Numbered from the stretch's first letter, positions 10,357-19,811 are shown. The stretch is DNA of 64,000 nucleotides from Candidatus Dojkabacteria bacterium (GCA_030950485.1 JAUZRK010000025.1:8236-72235), one strand, 5' to 3'. The notes: generated by a model not told the origin, from the sequence alone. Program-made: numbers and translations.

Positions 10357-11711
10357 CAGTCTTTTAATTCTTTTATAAAATTAAGTATATCATCTCTTAC
10401 TTTCCCTTCAGTAATAACTGAATCCTTTATTTGGACTCTAAGTATCTCTTCATATTTACTCTTAGTAGAACCTTTTTTTTGCGAACTAAGCATTAATTCA
10501 CTATTAGATTCAATATCTTTTATAGAGTACCCTTCTCTCACCCAATTATATGATGATTTACTAGCATTGTAATTATAAATACCAGATTTGTTATTATTCT
10601 TTACTACATAATTATCTTCAAAAGATCGTAAAAATACTTGAGCACCTTTTATATTAGGAACATGTTTATAATTACTAGCATATTCATCTATGTTTATCCC
10701 TAAAGCTAAAGCTAAGTTCAACATGTTTTGTGTTGGTTGCTCTATCTGGTCATTTTCCAAATAAGTCTGAAATGGAATATTTGCAGTTTGTCTTGCATTT
10801 ACTTCAATAATGTATATTGAATTTGAATCTAATATAAGATCTATTCCAAACAGTCCCTGATATCCAATTTTATTTAGTTCATTTGCTAATTTATCAGACA
10901 CCATTAAAATTGAATGCTTGATCTGTGTAGGTAATTCTGGCCCACTTATAAAATCATTACCAACTGTTGAATATAAACCTGGTGTTAATTCTCTTATTCC
11001 TGTAATTTGATATTGAATTGGACCTATAAAATTCTCATTTTTTCCAACTACAACATTTAAAGTAAATGTATCTCCGTTTATAACTTTAGAAAATTTTACT
11101 TGATTTCCACCTAATTTCTCTCTTAGTAAGTTGTATTGATCTTCATTTTTAATTAAATGAGTTCCAGAGCCAGTATGCCCCCTATCCTCTTGAATAACAA
11201 ATTCAGAACCAAAGCTATCATCTAAATCAGTGTATTCTACTTCGTCTATTCTAGTTATTAATGATGGTATTTTATTTATTCTTTTCTCTTTTAAGAAGTC
11301 ATCAAACCAGAATTTATTTTCGATATTCTTACAAATTTCAGGATCATTATTAATATATGTACCACCTAATTTCTCAATTTTAAATTTAGATACTGACGAT
11401 GGGAAAAATATTTGTCCATAAAATCCATTATCATTTGTAGTAGACTTAATCCATTCAATTACTAAGTTATGTGAAAGGAGTTTTGAAGTTGATGAAATAT
11501 CTAAACTACCAGATTCTGCTTCTAAACTAAAGATTGAAATTCCTTTAGATTTTAATGATCTATAGTAATAATCATCTTGAATACAACAAATGTGATAGTT
11601 TTCTAGCTCATCTTCTAAACCTAATGCTCTCTCAGCTTCTCTTGTAAAGAAAATTAAAGGTTTACTTTTTAATTCAGTGTTTATATTTTTTAGTAAAGTA
11701 TTTTTATCCAT
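10356..11711 (-). CDS. ATP-grasp domain ligase
   Basis: ENKFWF, GHTGSGT loop, GLFGIDLI, IIEVNAR. Confidence 0.85.
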   Translation of the reverse strand: MDKNTLLKNINTELKSKPLIFFTREAERALGLEDELENYHICCIQDDYYYRSLKSKGISIFSLEAESGSLDISSTSKLLSHNLVIEWIKSTTNDNGFYGQIFFPSSVSKFKIEKLGGTYINNDPEICKNIENKFWFDDFLKEKRINKIPSLITRIDEVEYTDLDDSFGSEFVIQEDRGHTGSGTHLIKNEDQYNLLREKLGGNQVKFSKVINGDTFTLNVVVGKNENFIGPIQYQITGIRELTPGLYSTVGNDFISGPELPTQIKHSILMVSDKLANELNKIGYQGLFGIDLILDSNSIYIIEVNARQTANIPFQTYLENDQIEQPTQNMLNLALALGINIDEYASNYKHVPNIKGAQVFLRSFEDNYVVKNNNKSGIYNYNASKSSYNWVREGYSIKDIESNSELMLSSQKKGSTKSKYEEILRVQIKDSVITEGKVRDDILNFIKELKD

Positions 11712-11714
11712 CTT

Positions 11715-12239
11715 TTATTTTTTAATCTTATAGATATGAAATCTCTTGTAAGATTTATCAGGTTCAATATTTTTGAACTTAAAAGTATTAGTTAAGATAA
11801 TACTACCGTTTTTCATTTCTTCAAATAGTTTATCTTTAAGCTTATCCATATGCGTATTATAGATGTACATATAAACTATATCGTATTCTCCAAAGTTTTC
11901 TTTATAAAAGCTTTTATTCTTTATCTTTGCATTCTTAAGTCTGTATATAAAAATCTTTATTTTAGTAAAAAAGGTTAAAAAGGGATTCAATTCTATTCCA
12001 GTTGATTTCATTCCCATTCTCGCAGCCCATACAACTACTCTTCCATCTCCAGAACCTAGATCTACAAAATTTGTTGATTTAGTTACTTCTAAACCTAATT
12101 TTTGAAAAGCTTCTTTTAAGTGTTTAACTCTTGAAGGATAAAAAGGTGTTGAAAATAATAATGAATAAATATGATATCCTCCTAAAACTATCCAAAGAAT
12201 TGTTAAGTAAGAAACTATTGCTATAGCTAGTGTTCCCAT
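11715..12239 (-). CDS. Membrane-anchored class I SAM methyltransferase (FAM173/aKMT-like)
   Basis: N-terminal TM, PFYPS, DLGSGDGRV, GIELNP, DIVYMY. Confidence 0.85.
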   Translation of the reverse strand: MGTLAIAIVSYLTILWIVLGGYHIYSLLFSTPFYPSRVKHLKEAFQKLGLEVTKSTNFVDLGSGDGRVVVWAARMGMKSTGIELNPFLTFFTKIKIFIYRLKNAKIKNKSFYKENFGEYDIVYMYIYNTHMDKLKDKLFEEMKNGSIILTNTFKFKNIEPDKSYKRFHIYKIKK

Positions 12240-12240
12240 A

Positions 12241-13167
12241 TTATCGTCCTGATGTTATACAAATTATATTAGTATTATTTAAGCTCTCTCTCATTCTTAG
12301 ATATCCTGCTATAGATAGTAAAGAAGTATATGAGAGATCTTCTATGTTATTAGAAGTCATAAATTCACTTGATTTTTTAAGCTCTTCATTAGTTATTGCT
12401 AGTACTTCTCCATTAGTTTGTCTTATAATTTTTTCAATTTGAGGTTTTCGCAAAAGTGATTTATCTACAATTGCATCTGCAAGTGAATCTTCAGTATTAC
12501 CAACATTCTGAACTAGTGGATGGCATTTTGTTGTCTGACACGCTACAAACCTAGGCATAGATACCTCAGTTTCAAGTTTGAAAAATAAGCCTCCTGCAAT
12601 ACCTACAAATGTACTTCCAGAAGAAACTTGAGCGAAAATGATCCAATTCTCATTCTTCTTATATTTAATTAGATCATATAACTCAAACCCTAGACTCCAA
12701 TATCCATATAATATATCCTCATCAATTGAAGATTTTAATAATGTTGCCTTATTTTCATTAGCAATTCTTACAGCAGCTCTTTTAGCTTTTGTATCATATA
12801 TTATTTTATGGACTGTACCCTCAAGTAAAGTTTCTAATTTTTCTTTCTTTTTATTATTTAAATTTGGAGATACAGCAATAATAACTTTGAAATTATCTAC
12901 AAGCTTAGAGTACTCCAACAAGCTTATTGCAGCATTACCGGATGAGGCAATAACAACTTCACTTATACCTTGTTGTTTTAATTTAGATATTTTAAATGCT
13001 GTTCCTCTATCTTTCCATGATCCTGTTGGATTTAAATCCTCTCTTTTTATAAAAAGTTTATTGTTTCCATCACTAAACTGAGAAACAGGAGTATTACCTT
13101 CATTTAGGCTAATTCTATTACTTTCTTGAGTAATATGTTTTTTTATTTCTTTATATTTCCAAATCAC
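12241..13167 (-). CDS. PLP-dependent fold-type II enzyme (threonine synthase-like)
   Basis: EGNTP, KREDLNPTGSWKDRG (PLP Lys), ASSGNAA, VSSGS. Confidence 0.88.
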   Translation of the reverse strand: MIWKYKEIKKHITQESNRISLNEGNTPVSQFSDGNNKLFIKREDLNPTGSWKDRGTAFKISKLKQQGISEVVIASSGNAAISLLEYSKLVDNFKVIIAVSPNLNNKKKEKLETLLEGTVHKIIYDTKAKRAAVRIANENKATLLKSSIDEDILYGYWSLGFELYDLIKYKKNENWIIFAQVSSGSTFVGIAGGLFFKLETEVSMPRFVACQTTKCHPLVQNVGNTEDSLADAIVDKSLLRKPQIEKIIRQTNGEVLAITNEELKKSSEFMTSNNIEDLSYTSLLSIAGYLRMRESLNNTNIICITSGR

Positions 13168-13274
13168 AGCTAAATTATTTAACTAAATAGATTATAAACG
13201 AGTTTGAGATATTTTACATAAAATATGAATATGTTATATTTATATTAGAGAATTAAAATTTAAAAATAAATTAA

Positions 13275-13544
13275 ATGATTACAAATCAAAAACAATTAGA
13301 TGAAAACTGGATTCTAGTTTCTTCTGATAAAGACTTTACATGTGACGAGTGTGGTAATGAAGTAGATTTAAAGATAAGTAGTATTGAGGGTTTGGTTGAT
13401 GCAGATTTTACAAAAATAAAATCTGATTTAGAAGCTTTTCCGACTAAAATTATATACGGAGTTTGCCCAATTTGCGGAATGGAATATGTATTCCATTTAG
13501 TAGACGGCAATCTATACGTAGAGCCAAGTCAAGAAGAGAAATAA
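13275..13544 (+). CDS. Small acidic Zn-ribbon protein, LysW-like architecture
   Basis: CDECG and CPICG pairs, acidic, C-terminus EPSQEEK; upstream TTTACA-16-TATATT promoter-like site. Confidence 0.65.
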   Translation: MITNQKQLDENWILVSSDKDFTCDECGNEVDLKISSIEGLVDADFTKIKSDLEAFPTKIIYGVCPICGMEYVFHLVDGNLYVEPSQEEK

Positions 13545-13623
13545 GTCAACTAGATTGATCCACACTATCAACTTGTAGTGTGTCACTTCTGTTTATCTGC
13601 AGGGTATATCCACGCTTTTAACC

Positions 13624-13652
13624 TTTACTTTATATTACAAAAGTGTTATATT
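13624..13652 (+). promoter_or_regulatory. Sigma70-type promoter for the structured RNA
   Basis: TTTACT (13624-29), 17-bp spacer with extended TG, TATATT (13647-52); predicted +1 coincides with the stem start at 13658-13659. Confidence 0.65.
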
Positions 13653-13657
13653 TATAT

Positions 13658-13783
13658 AGCACTAGAGATAAAAGTTGAAACTCCAATACTAATCTTTTGG
13701 TCGGACCATATCGCATGTAGCCCGTGGGTTATATGTTGCGTTCGCATTTGTTGAAACGGGTAGTTTCAACAGTCTCTAGTGCT
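13658..13783 (+). ncRNA. ssrS: Structured non-coding RNA, candidate short 6S RNA
   Basis: 11-bp closing stem AGCACTAGAGA/TCTCTAGTGCT, 9-bp stem GTTGAAACT/AGTTTCAAC, central unpaired region, apical stem GCATGTAGCCC/GGGTTATATGT with G-U pairs that favour the + strand. Confidence 0.65.
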
Positions 13784-13807
13784 GCTAAAAGCAAAATTTA
13801 CCATCTT

Positions 13808-14527
13808 TTACTTACACCTAGGATCTGGATATCTATTAATATTGTCGTTTATCATGTAAATAAGATAAGCTTTATTATCTTTTAGATCTGATCTAGAAAT
13901 ATCAAATTCTTTCAATATATCAATTTCTTTGTCTTCGACTTTAAATTTTATACTTTCCTCGTTCAACGGATACACTTTTAAGTTAGCATCATAAACATAC
14001 TTATAGCTATCATTATCAATCTCATTTTCTACAGCTGAACTGAACGAAGTTAAAAGCTCGTTACTAATAGCTTCTATTGGTTTTTCCGAATTTATTTGTA
14101 TTATTTTAGCTGCAAGAAAATCACAACCATTGTAAATCTCCTCTTCTACTTTAAAAGTATCTATCTCTTTAGCTTCTTTAAATTCTCCTGCTGGTGCTTT
14201 TTCTGCTTCTTCTTTCTTTTTTCTAGCTTCCTCTGCGTCTTGGATTCTCTTTTCTTCTCTTTTATTATTATCTATAATATTTCCTATTAGGTAGAAGTTA
14301 TTTCCAATTTCCTCAGCATCCTCTGGTAATTTTATGTCTTCAAATACCTCTTTAAAATGATCATATTCATTATTACTTAGAAAATAAGGTATTGGGAAAC
14401 CGAAAAGGAAAGACGTAAGTGCTAAAGGCTTTATTATCAAAAAGGGTATAAGCACTAAAAAAGTAAGTACTTTTGGATTGTATAATTTTCTTATTTTGTT
14501 TCTATCAATTTTCATTTTTCCATTCAT
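13808..14527 (-). CDS. Membrane-anchored hypothetical protein
   Basis: N-terminal hydrophobic segment, charged coiled-coil; overlaps end of pth. Confidence 0.65.
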   Translation of the reverse strand: MNGKMKIDRNKIRKLYNPKVLTFLVLIPFLIIKPLALTSFLFGFPIPYFLSNNEYDHFKEVFEDIKLPEDAEEIGNNFYLIGNIIDNNKREEKRIQDAEEARKKKEEAEKAPAGEFKEAKEIDTFKVEEEIYNGCDFLAAKIIQINSEKPIEAISNELLTSFSSAVENEIDNDSYKYVYDANLKVYPLNEESIKFKVEDKEIDILKEFDISRSDLKDNKAYLIYMINDNINRYPDPRCK

Positions 14528-15080
14528 TTTTGATGGTGTTAAATACTGAATAATTTAATTCTAATTCTTCTTTGCTAATCTTACCTAAAACGTAGTCTGC
14601 TCCAGATAAAAATTTTCGTTGTCTTTCATTTCTATTATCTACACCAATTCTAAGTCTCCAAAATCTTGTTGTGCCGAGATGCCTTTCAACTGAACTAATA
14701 CCATTATGAACTCTTGGACCTTTGTTAAATTGTAGTTTAAATTTACCTATATCAATATCTAAGTCATCATGTACAATTAAAACTTCATCAGCAGTAAACT
14801 TGTAGTAATCAGATATTGTCCTTACTGCCTCTCCCGATTTATTCATAAATGTAGAAGGCATAGAAAGTACTACTCTATTTTCTAATATTTTAGTTATTGA
14901 TATTAATGATTTGAACTTTGTTTCCATAACAAAGTCTGCCGTATTAATATCCTTAAGAAAATCAAAACCTACGTTATGCCTAGTATGATAGTACTTATCG
15001 TCTAGGTTTCCAAGACCTACTATAAGTTTTATATCTGCAATATTAAATTTTCTATCGTTTATGTGATTTGTATTAGTCAA
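14505..15080 (-). CDS. pth: Peptidyl-tRNA hydrolase
   Basis: LIVGLGN, TRHNVGF, FMNKSG, VHDDLD, HNG, RLRIGV. Confidence 0.95.
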   Translation of the reverse strand: MTNTNHINDRKFNIADIKLIVGLGNLDDKYYHTRHNVGFDFLKDINTADFVMETKFKSLISITKILENRVVLSMPSTFMNKSGEAVRTISDYYKFTADEVLIVHDDLDIDIGKFKLQFNKGPRVHNGISSVERHLGTTRFWRLRIGVDNRNERQRKFLSGADYVLGKISKEELELNYSVFNTIKNEWKNEN

Positions 15081-15173
15081 TGTTATACTAGTTATACTTA
15101 TTTACCCTTTATTATACTTGGTATATAATAGTAATAAAAGTAATACATAAATTTATTTGTTAAGAAAATTGAA

Positions 15174-15515
15174 ATGGACAATATAGTAAAAAGAACTTCA
15201 CTAATAATATTTATAATAGTATTAGTTGTAGCTGTTGGATTAGGAGCTGGATTAGGTGGATATTTTTATGGTAAAGATACTGGTGAAGATACTACAAGAA
15301 ATACTTATGAGCAAAAGCTAGAAGAATTAAGGGATAAGAATGAGCAAAAATTATCAGAAGCTGAAGATAGAATTAGAGATGACTATAGAGCAGATATTGA
15401 CGGATTAAAGGCAGAAGTTGAAAGACTTGAAAGATTAAACGATAAGCTAAGTCAGATAAATAATTTACCTGGTAACGTTGAGGGAGTTAAAGATAGTATA
15501 GAAGTTACTGAATAA
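15174..15515 (+). CDS. TM-anchored coiled-coil hypothetical protein
   Basis: N-terminal TM followed by heptad-like charged helix. Confidence 0.65.
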   Translation: MDNIVKRTSLIIFIIVLVVAVGLGAGLGGYFYGKDTGEDTTRNTYEQKLEELRDKNEQKLSEAEDRIRDDYRADIDGLKAEVERLERLNDKLSQINNLPGNVEGVKDSIEVTE

Positions 15516-15543
15516 TAAAATACCTTTGTTGTTAATAAGAAAA

Positions 15544-16629
15544 TCACTCTCTTAGAGGGTGATTTTCTCTATGTGATTTCTCTGCAAATTTATCAGATGC
15601 ATGTACGTATCTTGAGGTTGTTTGTAATGATGAATGACCTAATAATCTTTGAATTGCTGCTGGATTTGCACCTTCTTCTGCAATGTATGTTGCGAACCCA
15701 TGCCTTAAGCTATGAGCACTTGTTGGTAGAATTATCCCAATTCTCTTCCTATAATCAGCAATTTTCATCTGTATATAGTTTTGAGAAAGTCTTACTATGT
15801 AAGGATTTTCTGTAGCTCTTCTTGTACCTTTATTGGGAATGAACATTGCTGGATATTCATCTTTTCGTGTATCTAAATATTCCTGTAAATAATGAATTGA
15901 TCTATCAGTTAAATAAACAAATCTCTCTTTCTTTCCTTTACCTTGGATATACATTTTATTATCAGCAATCTTTCCATCAATTATTTTTATTTTATCTCTA
16001 TCTAGATTAACTGCTTCCGATATTCTCATACCAGTTGAAAAAATGAGTTCTAAAATTGCTCTATTTCTTTTCTTTACTTTTACGTTTGACTCAAAGTCAG
16101 TAGGAAATTCAATTAGCCTAATTAAATCTTCAAGTTCAGCTACTTGTTTTTCTTTTTTTTCTGTTTTTATCATTTTTATAGCATTTGCAGGAATTGGACC
16201 AGGTTTATCTATATCTTCTAGAAACGTTAAGTAAGATCTAAGTGCTGACAGCATTCTATTTACACTATTATCTGATAGCTGACCTTTATACATAGCTCTT
16301 TTTTTCTCAGATATATCATTTTTTGCTTTATCTATAGTTTCCTGACTTAAATCTTCTCCTTTATTATAAGAGTGAAGAATTGGAATATAGTTTATATCTC
16401 TTAAAAAACCTTTATATTCTATTATATCTACCTTTTCAATCTCATCGAAAGTTTTTTCAATGTAATACAAAAAAGAAGAAAAGATCTCTAAGTCTCTAGA
16501 ATAGTTTTTAAGTGTTTGTCTAGAATAGTTATCATTCTTTAAATTTAGAAGATACTGCCTTAAGTTTGGCAATGAATATTTCATTACAATTTTGCTACTT
16601 TTTTTTGTGTCTTCTCTGATTACATCCAT
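15544..16629 (-). CDS. Tyrosine recombinase, XerC/XerD-like
   Basis: GMRISE, GKGKKER, HSLRHGFAT, LLGHSSLQTTSRY catalytic residues; no mobile-element neighbours. Confidence 0.92.
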   Translation of the reverse strand: MDVIREDTKKSSKIVMKYSLPNLRQYLLNLKNDNYSRQTLKNYSRDLEIFSSFLYYIEKTFDEIEKVDIIEYKGFLRDINYIPILHSYNKGEDLSQETIDKAKNDISEKKRAMYKGQLSDNSVNRMLSALRSYLTFLEDIDKPGPIPANAIKMIKTEKKEKQVAELEDLIRLIEFPTDFESNVKVKKRNRAILELIFSTGMRISEAVNLDRDKIKIIDGKIADNKMYIQGKGKKERFVYLTDRSIHYLQEYLDTRKDEYPAMFIPNKGTRRATENPYIVRLSQNYIQMKIADYRKRIGIILPTSAHSLRHGFATYIAEEGANPAAIQRLLGHSSLQTTSRYVHASDKFAEKSHRENHPLRE

Positions 16630-16713
16630 ATTATATTTATAGTATAGTCTAAATGTTAATATTTTTTGTATAATCTAAATTAAGATAAGAAACTATTTAT
16701 TAAAAAATTACAA

Positions 16714-17133
16714 ATGGATACAGACAATACTAAAGAAAATAATGTAGATAATCAAACTCCAAAAGTCGAATCACTTGTTGAAGTTGTTTCAGAAGCAAAT
16801 AAAGTCGAAGGAGGTGTAAGTCCAACAGCAAAAGCTTTTGATATTAGTCAGAAAGGAAATTCTAATAATAATACTTTTATAGAACTAGCTAAAAAAACAC
16901 TATCTTTAATTTATACTTTTCTAAAAGCAGTATTTGAAATAGTTTTTACTAGTCTTAAAACTCTAGTTAAAGTTTTCTTCTCACTGGATTTAAGATCAAA
17001 ATTAACTTTTATAATTACTCTTGTTATAGTTGCATTCGCATTTCTTTATATAGGAATTAGAATGGGAGAGGGAAATATAAAAAATGAGGTTGAAACAGCT
17101 ACAGGTAAGGCTTATAGCAAAATCATTAAATAG
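16714..17133 (+). CDS. Hypothetical membrane protein
   Basis: 139-aa ORF, amphipathic helix plus one TM. Confidence 0.6.
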   Translation: MDTDNTKENNVDNQTPKVESLVEVVSEANKVEGGVSPTAKAFDISQKGNSNNNTFIELAKKTLSLIYTFLKAVFEIVFTSLKTLVKVFFSLDLRSKLTFIITLVIVAFAFLYIGIRMGEGNIKNEVETATGKAYSKIIK

Positions 17134-17185
17134 ATATTAATTCTATATCATTTTTAACGTTTAGCTTAATTATTACTTTTTTATC

Positions 17186-18538
17186 GTGCATACAAAACTA
17201 CTAAAACTACTAGAAAAGGAGCAAGAAAGACAGAAATCAACTCTCGATTTGATAGCATCAGAAAATTATACTTCTAAATCCGTAAGGAGAGCTGTAGGTT
17301 CAGTTTTTATGCATAAGTATTCAGAAGGGTATCCAGGAGCTAGATATTATGAAGGGAATGAATTCATAGATGATCTTGAAAACTTAGCAATTAAGATGGT
17401 TAAAAAGGTATTCAAAGTAGATGATAAAGCTTGGCATGTAAATGTACAACCACCTAGTGGTTCAATTGCAAACCTAGCAGTCTATAATGCTATTTTAAAA
17501 CCTGGTGATAAAATTTTAGCTATGTATCTACCTGATGGAGGACATCTTAGTCATGGATGGAGTTATACACCTACAAAAGAGAGGACAAAAAAAGAAAAAG
17601 AAGAAATGGAATCATCAATGGTTTACTACGGTGGTAAAAAGAAGTTGACTTTAAATTCGAAGATTTTTAATGTAGTTCAATATAAGACTGACCCTAAAAC
17701 TAATCTTTTTGATTATGATTTTATTAGAAAACTTGCAAAAAAAGAAAAACCTAAATTGATAATAACAGGTGGAACTGCTTACCCTAGAGAGATTGATTAT
17801 AAGATTATTTCGGAAATAGCTAAAGAAGTTGGGGCTTACTACCTTGCAGATGTTGCTCATGAAGCAGGTCTAATTGCAGGAGGTGCAATGAATTCTCCTT
17901 TTGATTATGTAGACTTTGTTACATTTACTACCCATAAAACTCTAAGAGGCCCTAAAGGAGCAGTAATTATGTGTAGGAATGAATATGCAGATAAAATTGA
18001 CAGATCAGTAATTCCTGGATTTTTAGGAGGTCCATTGAACCACACTATTGCTGGAATAACTCAGGCTTTGTTTGAGGCAGATACTAATGAATTTAAAGAG
18101 TATTCAGCAAGAATAATACGAAATGCTAAGGCCTTAGGAGAGGAACTTAAAAAGAAAGGTTTTGATTTGGTATCAGGTGGAACTGATAAACATCTTCTTG
18201 TTATAGATCTAACAAATAAGAAAGTTTTAGGAAAAAAAGTTTCAAGAGCTCTATATTTAGCTGGTATTGTATCTAATAAAACAACAGTACCCTACGAGAA
18301 GAAATCACCTATAAATCCTTCAGGAATAAGATTAGGTACGCCATCTATAACTACAAGAGGGATGCATCCGGAGAACATGAGTGAGCTTGCTAATATTATT
18401 AGTGATGCAGTTGATGTTGCAGCGGAATTTCGAAAGTTAAAGTTTACTGAATTTCAAGAAGAATTAGAAAATGATTATAGAATTAAGGAATTAAGAGAGA
18501 AAGTACGTAAGATTTGTGATCAATTTCCTATTGAATAA
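17186..18538 (+). CDS. glyA: Serine hydroxymethyltransferase
   Basis: LIASENY, YSEGYPGARYYEG, GGHLSHG, TTHKTLRGP, SGIRLGTP. Confidence 0.97.
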   Translation: MHTKLLKLLEKEQERQKSTLDLIASENYTSKSVRRAVGSVFMHKYSEGYPGARYYEGNEFIDDLENLAIKMVKKVFKVDDKAWHVNVQPPSGSIANLAVYNAILKPGDKILAMYLPDGGHLSHGWSYTPTKERTKKEKEEMESSMVYYGGKKKLTLNSKIFNVVQYKTDPKTNLFDYDFIRKLAKKEKPKLIITGGTAYPREIDYKIISEIAKEVGAYYLADVAHEAGLIAGGAMNSPFDYVDFVTFTTHKTLRGPKGAVIMCRNEYADKIDRSVIPGFLGGPLNHTIAGITQALFEADTNEFKEYSARIIRNAKALGEELKKKGFDLVSGGTDKHLLVIDLTNKKVLGKKVSRALYLAGIVSNKTTVPYEKKSPINPSGIRLGTPSITTRGMHPENMSELANIISDAVDVAAEFRKLKFTEFQEELENDYRIKELREKVRKICDQFPIE

Positions 18539-18561
18539 TATAAAGTTTAATTTTACTCAGG

Positions 18562-19611
18562 ATGAATGTACTTGTTATTGGAGGTACTGGCTATATTGGA
18601 TCTGAAATAGTTAGAGAATTGTTAAAGCTAGATGCACTTAATATTACTGTAAGTACTAGAAATATTGATAGAGCTAAAAGAAAATATTTTTTAGATACTG
18701 GTGAAAAAAAAGTTGACTGGATTGAATTGGATTTTTCATCAACTGAATTAGTTTTTCCCAATCTTTCTGAATACGATGTAATTATAAACTCAGCGGGAAT
18801 TCTATATGAAACTAGTAAACTAAAATATGAACAGATCCACTTTACAGCTCCTGTAAAGCTCTTAAATGATTACATTAAAAATAGGCCAGATAGAAAAATC
18901 TTTATCAACATATCTATGAAGGATGTAGATATGAGAGCTGCTGTTAAAATTCCATTTACAGCTACAAAAAGTAAAGCTGATAATTTAATGCTTAATCTTG
19001 GTAAAGAAGCTAAAAATCTTGATGTCTTTATCTTACGTCCTTCAGTTGTATATGGAAACTATAGTTCAAAAGAAGAAATGGATAGACATGCTTTTCCTAG
19101 TTTTGCTGCTATGCCTATAAGACTTCTAATAGGAGGTTTAGGTTTCAGAATTGGTGATCTCAAATTGGGTAAACAAGGAGGTAATCAATCTGTACACCCT
19201 ATTCTTGCAAGTGAGATTGGAGAGGTAGTTTCTGGAATTATCTCAAATAAATCAGCACAACCTGGTGTTTATAAGTTAATAGGTCCTAGAATTAATGTTT
19301 CAGAACTCTTTTATTACTTACGCAAACTTGATGGTAAAAAAGGTGATACATTTTTTTCTATTAGCATACCTACTTTTATGGCTAGAGTTGGAGCGAAAAT
19401 TATTGACCTATTTTTTAAAATAATGGTTAAAGCTGGATTTGAAAAGTCCGTAGTAAATTTAAAATCAAGGTTTGCATATCTCCAAGTCTTTACTGAAGAC
19501 AATGTTAAAGTACTAACTGAACTAATGGCTGAAACTACTGAGCAAGATTATAATAACCTTTTTAATGCTTCAGGAATTAAAGTTAAAGCAATGTCAGAAG
19601 CTACATCATGA
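18562..19611 (+). CDS. NAD-dependent epimerase/dehydratase (extended or atypical SDR)
   Basis: GGTGYIG Rossmann motif, INSAGI, LRPSVVYG; FTATK in place of YxxxK. Confidence 0.8.
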   Translation: MNVLVIGGTGYIGSEIVRELLKLDALNITVSTRNIDRAKRKYFLDTGEKKVDWIELDFSSTELVFPNLSEYDVIINSAGILYETSKLKYEQIHFTAPVKLLNDYIKNRPDRKIFINISMKDVDMRAAVKIPFTATKSKADNLMLNLGKEAKNLDVFILRPSVVYGNYSSKEEMDRHAFPSFAAMPIRLLIGGLGFRIGDLKLGKQGGNQSVHPILASEIGEVVSGIISNKSAQPGVYKLIGPRINVSELFYYLRKLDGKKGDTFFSISIPTFMARVGAKIIDLFFKIMVKAGFEKSVVNLKSRFAYLQVFTEDNVKVLTELMAETTEQDYNNLFNASGIKVKAMSEATS

Positions 19612-19656
19612 TTAGTATATAGTATTGTCAACTTGTGAAAACACAACATATTGTAG
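19610..19656. promoter_or_regulatory. Tandem NrdR-box-like sites with a leftward -35 between them
   Basis: ACACAACATATTGTAG (19641-56) matches 13/16 of acacwatatatwgtgt; partial box 31 bp upstream; minus-strand TTGACA at 19626-31. Confidence 0.45.
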
Positions 19657-19811
19657 TTAACCAAATTTCATTGCACTACTAACATCTTAGATCTCGATAA
19701 TACTTATTGGGTAATTATTTGCGCCACGACGCAAATTTGACAATATTCAGAATTTTTGCGAGAATCTGGCAGACTCTACTGATAAAATCTTTACTTCTTA
19801 CTTATTAAAAT

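Noticed and set aside
13211-13240. dif-like site ATTTTACATAA...ATATGTTATAT
   Set aside because: Spacer is 7 bp rather than 6, the match is AT-rich, and it is adequately explained as the promoter of the Zn-ribbon gene
13561-13582. Hairpin CACACTA/TAGTGTG
   Set aside because: Short stem just after the Zn-ribbon stop; at most a weak terminator and not enough to call
13658-13783. CRISPR mini-array (GTTGAAAC/GTTTCAAC ends) or SRP RNA
   Set aside because: Only 8-bp matches with no full repeats, spacers or cas genes; the SRP GGAA tetraloop motif is absent
15544-16629. Integrase marking a prophage or integrative element
   Set aside because: Flanked by pth and glyA regions with no phage or plasmid genes and no visible att repeats; more likely the chromosomal Xer recombinase
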